From NCBI RefSeq assembly GCF_001194135.2, contig NC_068982.1, positions 46,826,995 through 46,890,994 of the forward strand: a DNA stretch of 64,000 nt, given 5' to 3'. Under the pieces are notes generated by a model, which was not told where the DNA came from, did no database searches, and saw only the letters and a program-made list of their open reading frames with translations. The translations under genes and the position numbers were made by a program. The DNA is from Octopus bimaculoides. Lineage: Eukaryota. Shown in pieces: positions 51,071 through 64,000 of this stretch (within the stretch, counting starts at the first letter, position 1; each line of letters starts with the position of its first letter).

Positions 51071-52582
51071 TTTCTAAATAAATAATTAATAAGAGGGGAA
51101 AATAGAATTTATGTAATGATACAACATTCTGAATGTTGAGAAAATATCAGCTTCTTTCTTGCTTTCTTTTTTCTTTTTGTTATTTTGCTTTTTGTTGTTA
51201 TTTTGTTATTTTGCTTTCCTTCTTGTTATTTTGTTTATTTTGCTTTTCTTCATGTCTTAAGATGACCCAATAGAAGTTTAGCTACCAAATCTTTATGGAA
51301 CAATTGTTACTGATTTTACTTCTTTTGCATAACTGTTTCAAATGGAACAGGATGTGTAAGTGTGTGCATGTGTGTGTGTGTTTGTGTGTGTGTACATGCA
51401 AGTTGCTTGTATGTATAGTATAAAGCAAGAGTCTTGACATCATAACCCATTTTGTCAAAACAATAATCCTGGGTGATCCACTTTCAAATATTTAAATTTC
51501 AAACAACTACTAAAGCATTTCAAAACATTTCTAAATGAACATATTACAATATGGCACACTTCATGTTTGATACTTTTTTGGAGAAATATCCATTACATTT
51601 TGTTTCCAGTTAATTTTGGTTAGTGCCCATATGTACATGCCATATTGTGTAAAACATTCATGAATATTTTACATTCTATAAAATTTTCATCAAATATTTG
51701 AAAATAAAATGGTTTAGCTTTGCACTGTGACTCATAGCTTAGGAACAACAGGTATTTGTAAAACTGATGACCTACAATCATAAACATGATTTGTTTCAAA
51801 CTATCCACAACAATGCCAGGAAAAAAATTTTTAAAGCAATTCACCTGAGATACTGGTAATGGTAAATAAAAAGAGGAATTTGATGAAATTTCATATGACA
51901 CCAATCAATACCTTTAAATATTTTTTTTGTAGTACTAAAACAGAAATATAAACAACAAAAGCCTTGAAATAGAAAAATAAAGTTAAGAATATGTTACTTT
52001 AATTTAAAGTACTTGTAGATATTAAATGTTAGAAACAGATATGCGATTTGATTAAAGATTGATACTCGTGAACAAAACAAATTTGCAAGAGGTGCTACAG
52101 AGAAAGCCTCAACATGGTCACTTGCCCTCCTGGAAATAGCAGCCAAATTTCCCTCCTCAAATTATATCTCGTCTGAGAATAAAGATAGATCATCCTGACT
52201 AGAAGGCTTTTAGTCATAAGTCCACTCAGTCAGAGTTGAACTGGAAGATAAAGAACGACTTTCACAGGTATGTTGTTATATCTTTGGGGAAGGTACTTTA
52301 ACGTTACAATTCAGAGTATTGTCAAGAATAGATAACAGATCTTGAGCCAAGTTACTATTGCAATTTGGAGTTCAAAAAAGACTTATGCATTGATTCTGTA
52401 TCTGTGTAATCCATTAAATGATTCAAGAAATGATCTAACAGTCTCCATTGGAAGTATCTTCTACAAAAGCCTTGGGCCAAACAAAGCCTTGTGAGGGTAC
52501 TTGATGGACAGACTAAGGAAGGCCTGTCGTATGTGAGTGTGTATGCGTATGTGTGTATGTGTGTGTGTGTGCATGTGTGTGT

Positions 52583-52620
<38 letters not shown>

Positions 52621-53394
52621 GTCTACTTGTCGTAACATCACATGGTTGTTTTAAATGAGTTGTCACTAACTTGCAAATAGAAACCATTTCCTATCTTTCA
52701 TGAAAACATGTCTGGCCTTGAGGAAATATTAGTTTGCTTGCAAACGTGTGAGGGTTGGTGTCAGGAAGGGCATCCAGCCGTGGATAATGAGCCTCAACAA
52801 AATTCCATCCGACCCATGTAGCATGGAAAAGTGGACATTAAGAAAATGATGATGACGATGATGATGATGATGACAGTGATGATGATGATGATGATGATGA
52901 TAATGGTAGCGGTGATGACGATAATGATGATAATGATGGAAGAGATATGATACAGCTTTAGGCAAATGTCAGAAAAACCATTATAAACCTTTGATGCTGT
53001 AAAGTAAGCCTATACTGTGAACAACACTATCCAATATTTGATCCAAAGTAAACAAGGAACTATAATAGCAAGTCAGTGCAAACAGCTACCTTGAATTTCA
53101 TATAAAAAGCAGGATTCCTGTTTACATAAGCAACCTGTATCAATATCATCAATTAAGTAGAAGTCACATACCAGGTGGTATCATTAAAATTACACCCCAC
53201 AGCACTGCAAGGAACCAACAGCATCAAAGACTTATAATACACTGAGACAAGTTAATGAAAATATTTCCAGAAAATTAGAGGTTAAAGATCAATTTGTTAA
53301 GATTAAATGTTAATTAGAGCATGTTGTTGCTGTTGTTTAGTCTTCAAATCAGTCTTGAACAAGCGGGCATGATTTGATGCATTTTATACATACT

Positions 53395-53591
53395 CTTTTA
53401 CTCTTTTACTTGTTTCAGTCATTTGACTGCAGCCATGCTGGAGCACCGCCTTTAGTCGAGCAAATCAACCCCAGGACTAATTTTTTTGTAAACCTAGTAC
53501 TTATTCTATCGGTCTCTTTTGCCGAACCGCTAAGTTACGGGGACGTAAACACACCAGCATCGGTTGTCAAAGCGATGTTAGGGGAACAAAT

Positions 53592-53629
<38 letters not shown>

Positions 53630-54480
53630 GACGGGCTTCTTTCAGTTCCCATCTACCAAATTCACTCACAAGGCTTTGGTCGGCCTGAGGCTATAGTAGA
53701 AGACACTTCCCAAGATGCCACGCAGTGGGACTGAACCCGGAACCATGTGGTTGGTAAGCAAGCTACTTACCACACAGCCACTCCTGCGCCATATGACCAG
53801 CATTTTTTGTATAATTTTCATATATAGGTGCAGGTGTGGGTATGTGTTAAGAAGCTTGTTTCCCAACCACATGGTTCCAGGTTCAGTTCCACTGAATGAC
53901 ACCTTGGGCAAGTGTCTTTGGTAGACAGAAACTGAAAGAAGACCATCATATATATATATATATAACCACATGGTTCCGGGTTCAGTCCCACTGTGTGGCA
54001 CCTTGGGCAAGTGTCTTCTACTATAGTCTCGGGCCGACCAAAGCCTTGTGAGTGGATTTGGTAGACGGAAACTGGAAGAAGCCCGTCGTATGTATGTATA
54101 TGTATATATGTGTGTGTGTGTATGTGTTTGTATGTCTGTGTTTGTCTCACCCACCCCCAACATCACTTAACAACTGATGCTAGTGTGTTTACGTCCCCGT
54201 AACTTAGCGGTTCGGCAAAAGAGGCCGATAGAATAAGTACTAGGCTAACAAAGAATAAGTCCTGGGGTCGATTTGCTCGACTAAAGGTGGTGCTCCAGCA
54301 TGGCCACAGTCAAATGACTGAAACAAGTAAAAGAGTAAAAGAGTAAAAGAGTATATATATATATATGTATGTATGTATGTATATGTTTGTGCATCTGTGT
54401 TTGTCCCCCCAACATTGCTTGACTAAAGGCGGTGCTCCAGTCAAATGACTGAAACAAATAAAAGAATAAAAGAATAAAGG
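53395..54480. mobile_element. Family-A SINE cluster: A(-) 53395-53787, partial A(+), A(+) 53965-54350, 3' partial
   Basis: Family-A motifs in opposite orientations. Confidence 0.85.
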
Positions 54481-56796
54481 GACATAACTGAAAGCTACAA
54501 AATATTTTTGCTAATGTTTTATTTATTCTTCAGTTTCTTCGACCTGGAACCTTTATGCAACAGTAGCCAAATTTCTGTTGAATTACATCCTAATATTTTA
54601 AATAAAGTATAGAGTACAATATACTATATAGTTGCTGGTATACAAAAAAAAAAAAAAAAAAAGAAAAATAGCAGATGGCCATGGTTGGAATGCTTTTGCT
54701 CAAGGTTGACCTGGACTAAATAATATCAACAATAACATTGTAATTATTGATTTCAAATTTTATTACACAAGGCCAGCAATTTTTGGGGCAGGGTAAGTCG
54801 ATTATGTGCTCAACTAGTACTTATTTTATCAACCTTGAAAGGATGAAAGGTAAAGTTAGTCTTAGTGAATTCGAACTCAGAACGCAAAGACAAATGAAAT
54901 GCAGCATGCTAGCTCACCACCTTATAAGATCCTAATTATTATTATCAAATATCTAGTCCTCAGCATGCAATAATAGTAAGACATCAAGGAAGAGGATCTG
55001 TGACCTTTTCTTTCTCAGTCGAAATCACTTTACTATACTTATGCTGTTAATGTCCTTCAGAACAGGAAAAAAAAAAAAATTTGATGTATCTATTTACTCA
55101 TTCTTATACTGTTCTGGTCACTTGCTTAAGTAAAAATCAATTACTCTTACATATATGTATTAAAGAGAACCATTATGTTTCCTAGAATCCTTGAAAGTAA
55201 ATTAAAGATAACATAACATACATTCATGAAATGTAAACATTTTACAAAATTCACCATGTAGAATTTATAGCCACAGTTATTTTTTCCATTTATTTTTTCT
55301 TTCTTTGGTTTTATATCGGTAATGGTATTTAAAATATTTAGTCTTTAATTTGTGCTTTCAGTACTTTATCTTACTTAAGACCATTGAATTTCCAGATTAT
55401 GTTTAATGGAATCTTACTGTTCCATGTAATCAATTGCATTAATTTCTTTTAAAATGTTCTCAGAATTTGTAATACTTTTCCATATTTATTTTTTTTGTAT
55501 TCCTTTTTGATCTCATTTGTCAAAATGTCTTGATTTTATCGTCTTTCTAATAATCTTCATTTTTTTTCATTTTTTTTCAATTTCCTAAATACATTTAGAT
55601 ATTCTTTGTACCTGACAGTTTTCGAAAGTGATTTTGCTAATTCTGATGCAGTAAATACAAATAAATTGACTTGTTGCCTATCTGAATGAAAAACTTGGCT
55701 ACTACAAAATATACTTCAGAGAGAGTTTCACTTGAGTGAGTCAAATTATTTTTCCTTTTTTTCATTTCCCAAGAGTTAACAAGAAACTTAGTAAAAAAAA
55801 GAAAAAAATTACTTTTTTTTTTTGTCTGATTTGAAGGTGTAGTTAAAAATAAATAAATGACAATAGAATTGAACTATGACAGAAATTTCAATGAAACAGA
55901 ATTTTTATAACCTGAAGAAATTTCTAAGAAATGCAAATTCAGTATGATAATAAATTAGACTATTTGTCAATATATTATTTCTTAGACAATAAGCAGTTGA
56001 AGAAAATTATTTTACTATTTGTAACACACCGATAACATACTATAACAATCTGGAAGTTCATGTACAATTTATGTCCAGTTTACCTGCTGGCATCGACACC
56101 TACATATGGAGCAGTTTCTCATCAATATCAATCAGGTAAACATTTCTCATTATCAATTACATAGGAACAATCTTAATTAAATTTAGACTGGTATTTTCAA
56201 GTAGACATCTAGCACCAACTTGTCAAGAGGAGTTTAACCTTTGACCTTCCATTTCTATATAATGGAGTGACTACATGTAGCTAGAAGCCTTTATGTTGTT
56301 ACTAGACCTGCTAAACAATAGCAACCAAATCTCCCTCAATTCCCATCCAACCATCTTAGAAAATGAAGACATATTGTACAAAATGTCTCTGGGTGCACTG
56401 TGATTAGGAAAAAGATTGGATATTCATAGGTGGAATGTCTTTGATCAGAAGTCTGCTCAATCACAGCTGACCTGAGTCTAAACAACAACAACTATAAAAA
56501 ATATGAGGTGATGCATCATTAATAGATAGCAAGTTTGGCAGTCATTAGTGCATCGAGTATAAAGACAAGCATTATTAAATCCAGATAAGGTGGGGAGCTG
56601 GCAGAATCATTAGCACACCGGGTGAAATGCTTAGTGGCACTTTGTCAGTCTTTACATTCTGAGTTCAAATTCCCGCAAGGTTGACTTTGCCTTTCATCCT
56701 TAAGGGGTCAATAAAATAAGTACCAGTTGGGGACTGGAGGTTGAGATAATCGACATACCCCCTCCTCCAAAATCGCTGGCCTTGTGTCAAAATTTG

Positions 56797-57410
56797 GGCA
56801 TTTCTTCAATTAACTGGACAAATTCAACATTTGACAACATTTGACTTTGGGTATTTCCATGACAATTGCTGAAATGGGAGGAGGAGAAGAAAGCTAATGG
56901 GTTGTGCATGCATGCTTGTTCTTGTCTGTATGTGTGCATGCTTGTTCTTGCCTCTGTGTGTGTGCATGCTTGTTCTTGTCTATGTGTGCTTGTTCTTGTC
57001 TGTGTCTGTGTGTGTGCCTGTTCTGTTTTTATGTATTTATGTGTTGTGGAATATAGATATAACGAAATTATGCCAGCAATGTCTCATTTTAAACTTGAAG
57101 AAAAAAAGCTTTGCATATTTGTTCTTGCCTGGTTTATGTGTGTATGTAAAATCCACAAATTTCCAAGCAGCAAACAGAATCAAAGTTTACATAGACACAG
57201 ACAAGAACAAGCATGCACACACACAGACATGAACAAGCACGCACACACACAGACAAGAACAAGCACGCACACACACACAGACAATAACAAGCACGCACAC
57301 ACAACCCATTAGCTTTCTCCTCCTCCTCCTATTTCAGCAACTGTCAGGGAAATACCCAAAGTCAAATGTTGTCAAATGTTGAGTTTGTCGAGTTATATCG
57401 AAGGAACGCC
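56797..57410. mobile_element. Foldback DNA transposon with 8-bp TSD, inserted in a family-B SINE
   Basis: TSD AAAATTTG at 56789-56796 and 57411-57418; ~110-bp unique TIRs continued inward by inverted arrays of TGTGTGCATGCTTGTTCTTGTC. Confidence 0.88.
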
Positions 57411-58324
57411 AAAATTTGAAACCATTTTTAATTCCAGATCACTGAACTCTGAATTCGAATCTCATTGAAGTTAACATTGCCCACCATTCTTCTGGGGCCA
57501 ATAAATAAAGCACCAGTCAAGGACTAGAGGGTGATTCTTCTTCCCTTTCTCTCTCTCACTTCCTCCCTCTCTCTCTCTCTCTCTCTCTGACCAGGCTACA
57601 TTGTACTGTGAGAAGAATCATGTGGAACCACACAGAGTGTTCTTTTGTTAGAAACGGAGAAAAACTGAGTGATGATAAGTTCACAGATTCTTCTCATAAA
57701 ATGGAACCAATGTGCAATTCAGCAGCAAATGGAATTAACGAAGGAAGAGAGATTCTAATTAAGTTTCACATCTCCTGTATTTATTTTGAGATGCTCTGTG
57801 TTTCTTTCAATTACTTTAAATATAACAAAGAATTTAGTAAAATAACTTAGTTATCATTCAGCTAGTGTTAGGGACATAAATTGTGACTAAGGTTTGGTGG
57901 AAGATTTTAATTCAAAACTTATGAAAACAAAACATTTGTACTCAGAGCCACAGACGGTTTCAGCCAGGTTGGTAGCAAAAGGGTTAATCTTATAATTCTT
58001 ACAGCTTGCAACCAAGCTGAACTTGACAACAGCACACCTATGCAAATCTAATACATCAATCATCTCCTCCTTAAAACAATTGCTTCTACTACATCTCATT
58101 CCCCAGGACCCTCACTAACCTCAGCATTCAATTTTACCAGTTACCAAATGTCATCCCTCAAGAAATCTCTCTTTACATATGATTTTCCTGCAAAAGACTC
58201 AAAGACGTTGAACCTGAAAATTAAACTGCATTGATATCACCAGCCTTAGGAAACCTGTGAAGATCAAGGGAACTGCACCTCAGCCAATCAAATCCATAAA
58301 ATGACAAACCAGATTGTTCTAGAT

Positions 58325-58586
58325 CAGTGGTTCTCAACCATTTTTTTGCCTATGAATCCCTTTGATTCCTATTTTACTTGGATCAACCCCCACCTCACAG
58401 CCATTTGAGGTTTAGAATATCCCTTTATATATTTTTATAACTAGAACAAAATTGTTAAAACATTTGGTGTATTGTAGAAATAAAAGGAATTTATTGCATA
58501 CAAATTTTAACAAGAGAATCTTCTATGGACCCCCAAGGGTCATATGGACCCCCAAGGGTCATATGGACCCAGGTTGAGAACCCCTG
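58325..58586. mobile_element. hAT (Charlie/MER5-like) MITE
   Basis: TIRs CAGTGGTTCTCAACC / GGTTGAGAACCCCTG; degenerate 8-bp flanks TTCTAGAT / CTTTCGAT; internal 19-bp tandem duplication. Confidence 0.75.
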
Positions 58587-59594
58587 CTTTCGATAATGGC
58601 AGGAAGGAACTTTCTGTGATATTTCATGAAATACAGTAATTTGCAATAGAATTTTTATTGAATTAATTTTGATCACTTTTAGCATTAAATAATTTAAGTT
58701 TCGATATTTTTAATATATAAGTGCACTGACTGTTAGTTTGAACATTTGGAGACCAAAGTACCTGAGACCATCTCTGTTTTCTAAAATAAATATTTTAATG
58801 CTCATATTTAAATTAATCTTCCATCATAATTTATGTAAGAAGCTTTTGATAAATTTTACTTCAAATATCAACTCAATAATGATAAAGTAAGTTACTTTAA
58901 TAAATTCTTTTAAATTCTGGATTTTTTTCAAAAAAGTAATTGAAATTAATTGAAACATTAATTGAAATATGATTACAAGAAACTTATTGCATTAAACTAC
59001 TGACTTATGTTTGTAAGTTCAGTTAATATCATTGTAATGTTTGAAGGTGGCAAGCTGGTAGAATCGTTAGCATGATGGGCAAAATGCTTAGCAGCATTTT
59101 GTCTGTTTTCATGTTCTCGATTCAAATTCTACCGAGGTTGACTTTGCCTTTCACCCTTCTGTGGTCAATAAAAAAAGTACCAGTTTAGCACTGGCATTGA
59201 TGTAATTGACTTAGCTCCTCCCCTGAAATTGCTGGCCTTGTGCCAAAAGTTGAAAAGAATATCATCGTGTTGTTTTTCTGAACAAGGCATTTAACTAACT
59301 TTGCTTGCTCCAGTCTTCCAGAATGAACCAAGTGGAAAAAAGTAAAACAAAAAAGAAAGATATAAAAATTTAAAAAATATGGTTTTTCTCCCTACTTTCC
59401 AACTGAATAGGTATAGCACTAGGAAATGTATCCAGATGTAAACTATAAAAGCAATCTCTTTAACAGCTAAAATCATCCAAGCTATGCAAACATGAATAAA
59501 AGAATAGATGTCAAGTGGTTGTTTACAACATCTGTGGATGCTTTATCTGCTGTTTTCTGTATCGACAGGTAACAAATTCTCATCAAAACATATA

Positions 59595-59777
59595 CAAGGA
59601 GGTACTGAAAAGTTCCTGGCTTTAAGGATATTGTGAAAGGCCTGGTTGGAAGATCAACTTTCTGAGGTCTTTTACAGGGCTTAGAAAAACTGAAGGAATA
59701 TGTTGGATAAAATCACAATTAACTCATCCTCCAGTATTTTCTTTTTGACAAAGCCAGGAAATTTTCGACACCCCCTC

Positions 59778-59778
<1 letters not shown>
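59595..59778 (-). mobile_element. mariner-type MITE (copy 3, internally deleted)
   Basis: Reverse-oriented homologue of 6131-6346, TA-flanked. Confidence 0.75.
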
Positions 59779-59820
<42 letters not shown>

Positions 59821-60595
59821 CATCAGTATCATCATCATTTAACATCCGCTTTCCATGCTAGCATGGTTTGGATGATTTGACTGAGGACTGGCGAACCAGA
59901 TGGCTACACCAGGCTCCAGTCTGATTTGGCAGAGTTTCTATAGCTAGTGCTTTTCCTAATGCCAACCACTCTGAGAGTGTAGTTGGTGCTTTTACGTGCC
60001 ACCGGCACGAAGGCCAATCAGGCGGTACTGGCAACGGCCTCGCTCAAAATGGTGTATTTTACATGCCACCTGCNNNNNNNNNNCAATCAGGCGGTACTGG
60101 CAACGGCCTCGCTCAAAATGGTGTATTTTACATGCCACCTGCACAGAAGCCAGTCCAGCGGCACTGGCAACGACCTCACTCAAATGTCTTTTCACGTGCC
60201 ACCGGCAAAGTGCCAGGAAGGCGACGCTGGTAACACACATCTAAAATATTTATACACATGTATATAAACATACACACATATACACAATACACATATATGT
60301 GTGTGTGTGTGTGTGATAGAAAACAGAAGGATGTGTGATAGAAAACAGTAGTACTGGTTCTGGCACCACGTAAGAAGCACCCAGTATACTCTGTAAAGTG
60401 ACTGGTATTAAGAAAGGCATCCAGCTCTAGAAAGGATGTCAAAACAAGACAATAGAGCCTGGTGCAGCTCCCAGCCTTGCCAGCTCCTATCAAGCCATCC
60501 AACTCATGCCAGCATGGAAAATGGATGTTAAATGATGATGCCGATTATGATGATGACGATAACACACACATACAGACACTACGCCATATGGCCAC

Positions 60596-60860
60596 GGGCA
60601 TATGGCGTAGTGGTTAAGAGCATGGGCTACTAACCCCAAGATTCCGAGTTCAATTCCAGGCAGTGACCTGAACACTAATAATAATAATAATAATAATAAT
60701 AACAACAACAACATCGAAAAATACCTTAGGAATGAGAACCCAGGTTTGAAATTTCCCCAAGACACCTGAAGAAGGTAGGAGGGTATATCAGCCGAAATGT
60801 TGTGTTAACAACAAACAAGATGAGGACAAATATCCATCGAATGTAAATGATGTACATACA
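60596..60860 (+). mobile_element. tRNA-headed element with a PLE-like hammerhead tail
   Basis: A box TGGCGTAGTGG (60603-60613), B box GTTCAATTC, (TAA)n linker, then GACAC-CTGAAGA-A-GG..CC-GAAA-T-GTT-GTGTT at 60761-60806. Confidence 0.65.
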
Positions 60861-61726
60861 GACTTGTTGTTTTCTTTCCTTTCTTCCCTTGACCTAATCC
60901 CACCCTCACTTTCGATGTTCAGATTTGTTTCTCTGTTTTTCAGTTCACCAGTGTCTCTCTTTATTCGTAACCATCCTTTAGCGGTCTTCCCTTCTGATCT
61001 TCTCTCAAGTTTACTCTACCAAAATTACTAAGAGTTCATGTTGATTATCTTCCCACACTCTGGTGCTCTAGCCCAACACATTACCACCACACATGCAGTC
61101 TTCCCTTCTTTTATTCTTCACTAATTTTTCTCCTCTTCCCTCCCTCTCCCTTTCCCCCTCTCTATCTCTTTGTCTCTTTTACGCACACAGATACACATAC
61201 ACACTACTCAATATATATTTATTCAGAACAACTGTGTAACAAAGAGTTCAGCTCACAAATAGATAGACATATTCTCTTTCTCACAGCAAACCAATTTATT
61301 ACTCTTTTATAATCACTAATTGCTGACACAGACCACCAGTAGTTTTTCTCAGATCCTACTGTTTACCTTATATGTATTATTGATTAGTTTCCAGAATGAT
61401 TTTTCTCATTTTATATCATCATCATTTTTTTAATTGTTATTTTATTTTCATTTTCGTTTTGTTTTCCAGATTTATATATATTTTATGCATCTCTTTCTCT
61501 CTCTCTCTCTCTCTCGATATATATATATATATTATTTCAGTTCTTCAAAGATCTATTTTCATTTTCTTTTTCATTTGTATTTCAGATTCATTATTTACAT
61601 ATGCTGTTTTTAAAATTGTATTTACATTGGTAATTGTGTTTGTATTGGGTGAATTATTTTCTCTTACAATATTCATATTTATTGTTTCTAACTGTATTCA
61701 CTCAAAATTTCTGAATTTCCTTACAG

Positions 61727-61888
61727 AATGATGATGATGGTAGTGGTGGTGGTGGTGGTGGTGGTGGTGGTGGTTGTGGTGATGGTGGAGGTGGTTTTGG
61801 TGGTGCCGATGATGATGATGGTGGTGGTGGTGGTGGTGGTGGTGGTGGTGATGATGACGATGATGACGATGATGATGACGATGATGAC

Positions 61889-61919
<31 letters not shown>

Positions 61920-61920
61920 T
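61727..61920. repeat. Compound (GGT)n/(GAT)n microsatellite
   Basis: Directly visible. Confidence 0.95.
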
Positions 61921-63624
61921 TTATTCCCATGTCAACCCTGACACAAAGATACCATCAGAACTAATTAGACTCAAAAGTCCATTTTTTAATTCAAATTTTT
62001 AAGATTCCACAATACGATATGAGAAAGGTTAACCTGCTATTTCTAGCAGATCAAGCAACAATATTAGCAGCTCTATCACTGATTCATCTTTATAACAAAT
62101 TTTTCAAGTTGTTCCACGTAGCTGCTCTCCAGCCATTTAACAAAATTTTAACTATTCCGGTGAATCTGCAGACTTCTTTTTATCCTTTTAGTCCTATTTT
62201 TCATTTTCTTCCTTATGCATTTCCTTAAGAGACGCATATTCATCATTTTTATTATTGATCAGCATACAAGATTGAATGGTTAATTGATTGAGAACATCAG
62301 ATAATTTGTTATTCCATCTAATGTCTTTGATTTCTTTTTCATAAAATAGCATTGATCAATTTTACCATAATCTCAAACTGTGTTTCTAGTATGAACAAAG
62401 TTCTTTGTACTCAGAAAATGTCAGTTATTGAGAAGGATTATATGATATATGTGTGCTAATATTTCTTGATATGCTTCGATCAAATGAAATTCTCACCAAA
62501 CAGACCCATTATATGTAAAATATGCATGGCACAGAAACACATAGAGTTGTAGATACATATTTTGAAAAAACGTTAATAGTTGTGAAGCAATTTCATTAGC
62601 CAGAAAATACAGATGTAGATAGAGAGGTTGTCAATAATAATCACATTTACACACTTAAGTACTTGTAAATTTTTACATCAGATTTTATGATTATTGATTT
62701 CTTAATTAAGCATAAAGTTTCTAGCATATAAACTTAAGCATAAGATTATAATTTTCCATATTATTAACCTCATCTTTAGAGTGTATATTGTTCAATGAAT
62801 GAACACAGTATTGCTGAAAGTAGCAAATAGATAAAGAGGGAGAAAGCAGGGAGGAAGATAAAGAGGGAAATACAGAGACTGATGGGAATTGAGCTTGTGA
62901 TGGCTATTTGAAAAGAAATGGGATGAAATGGTTGGGTCATGTGCTGGGGAATGTTGAAGTTGACTGGATGAAGAGAGTAATAAAAATGAATTGAAAGGAA
63001 GGAGAGGAAGGGGAAGAGTAAACATAGTTAAACATGGCAGAAGAGAAAATGAGAGAAAGAGAATTGGTGAGAAAGAATACAGAGGTTAGGGCAAAATGGA
63101 AAAGAATGTCAGGAGGCTGGTAAATCAAATAACAGCTTTAGCAGAGAAAATGGAGCTAAAGCATTTATTGTAAGTTATATTTTGATTGTGTTTGATCTTC
63201 TGTTATCAATAAGTAGTTCCTTTCTGGATAGGTGCATAATATAGTTCACAGAATAATTTGAACAAGGAAATATTATTTTTAAAATAAGGGTTATACCATG
63301 TTTTTATTTAGGTTATTGGTGCATGTACTTTGTATTTGGACATATTGGTTACTGAAATACTGAACCAATATGTATACATAGCCACAGGTCTATCAGATAA
63401 GACTAGTCTCAGATAAGATTCAGTAATTAAAAAATTTGCTTTGTAGCCAAGTTGTCCCATGTTTGTTCTGACCTTAGGCAAGTTCAAGGTAGGCCCAAGT
63501 CATATGAGTGAATTTAGACAGAAACAGTACAAAATCCAATTGGATGGACTGTAATATATAGGCCCAACTTTATTGTACTTCTGTCATGCTTATTATACTT
63601 GAGAATCACATTACAAGTATATGG

Positions 63625-63850
63625 ATCTGTGTGGTTTAGTGGTTAGGATTGTGGTTTCGATTCCTTAACCAGGCAACGCGTTGTGTTCTTGAAGAAAACG
63701 CTTCATTTCACATTGCTCCAGTCCACTCAGGTGGCAAAAATGAGTAACGCTGTAATGCACCAGCGTCCTGTCCAGGTGGGAAATTTATACTCCATGAAAA
63801 CTGGGAAACTAACCCTTATAAATCGGTATGACTCAAGAAGGTAACCATTA
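63625..63850 (+). mobile_element. tRNA-headed SINE, family D (second copy)
   Basis: GTGGTTTAGTGGTTAGG..GGTTTCGATTCC head plus the core shared with 3297-3470. Confidence 0.7.
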
Positions 63851-64000
63851 CTTTTACCTTTATATGGATATGTGGAATATTCAACCACATCATATGCTTA
63901 TTTAATGAATAGGTTCATTGAACAATTGGATGCTCATGTGTTTTTAATCAATACAGTTGCAAGAGAAATACCTAGCTAAGGATAAACCTCTGTACCTGGC

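Noticed and set aside
51732-51771. Possible minus-strand terminal exon ending ...QIPVVPKL* (PTS1-like)
   Set aside because: Weak acceptor, very short, and dependent on unverified upstream exons.
60014-60143. Exact ~60-bp direct repeat flanking a 10-N gap
   Set aside because: Most likely an unmerged contig overlap rather than a biological duplication.
60596-60673. tRNA gene (also the heads of SINE families A, B and D)
   Set aside because: A and B boxes are present but I could not form a full cloverleaf or acceptor stem, and each continues into SINE body sequence.
61727-62000. Gly/Asp-rich open frame after a ttccttacAG acceptor-like site
   Set aside because: Explained by a compound trinucleotide microsatellite; no independent coding evidence.
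61950-62460. Stop-interrupted, protein-like minus-strand translation (GWRAATWNNLKNLL..DRAANIVA)
   Set aside because: Possibly a decayed transposon ORF, but no family motif was recognisable, so it was not called.

Overview
AT-rich, repeat-saturated animal genomic DNA with eight N-gaps (4991-5394, 12413-12725, 25065-25673, 27718-27889, 29948-30211, 37879-38145, 39031-39281, 60074-60083). The very dense tRNA-derived SINEs and (TA)n/(CA)n/(GAT)n/(ATT)n microsatellites suggest an Octopus-type cephalopod genome (inference). No host gene could be named. Almost every ORF in the supplied track is a microsatellite, gap or decayed-transposon artefact; only a few tentative exons are supportable. The window holds a Ty3/gypsy relic split by nested insertions, three Penelope-like (PLE) relics, RTE and R4/Dong-like LINE fragments, maT, Tc1, mariner and Tigger transposon relics, piggyBac-, hAT-, mariner- and Helentron-like MITEs, and several foldback elements. 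The main signal is a set of at least seven sequence-unrelated elements carrying minimal type I hammerhead ribozyme (HHR) motifs. They occur as outward-facing pairs in long inverted repeats, as a ~180-bp tandem array, downstream of a PLE endonuclease, and fused behind a tRNA-like Pol III head. All alignments, folds and translations were done by eye, so element boundaries are approximate unless TIRs or TSDs are quoted.
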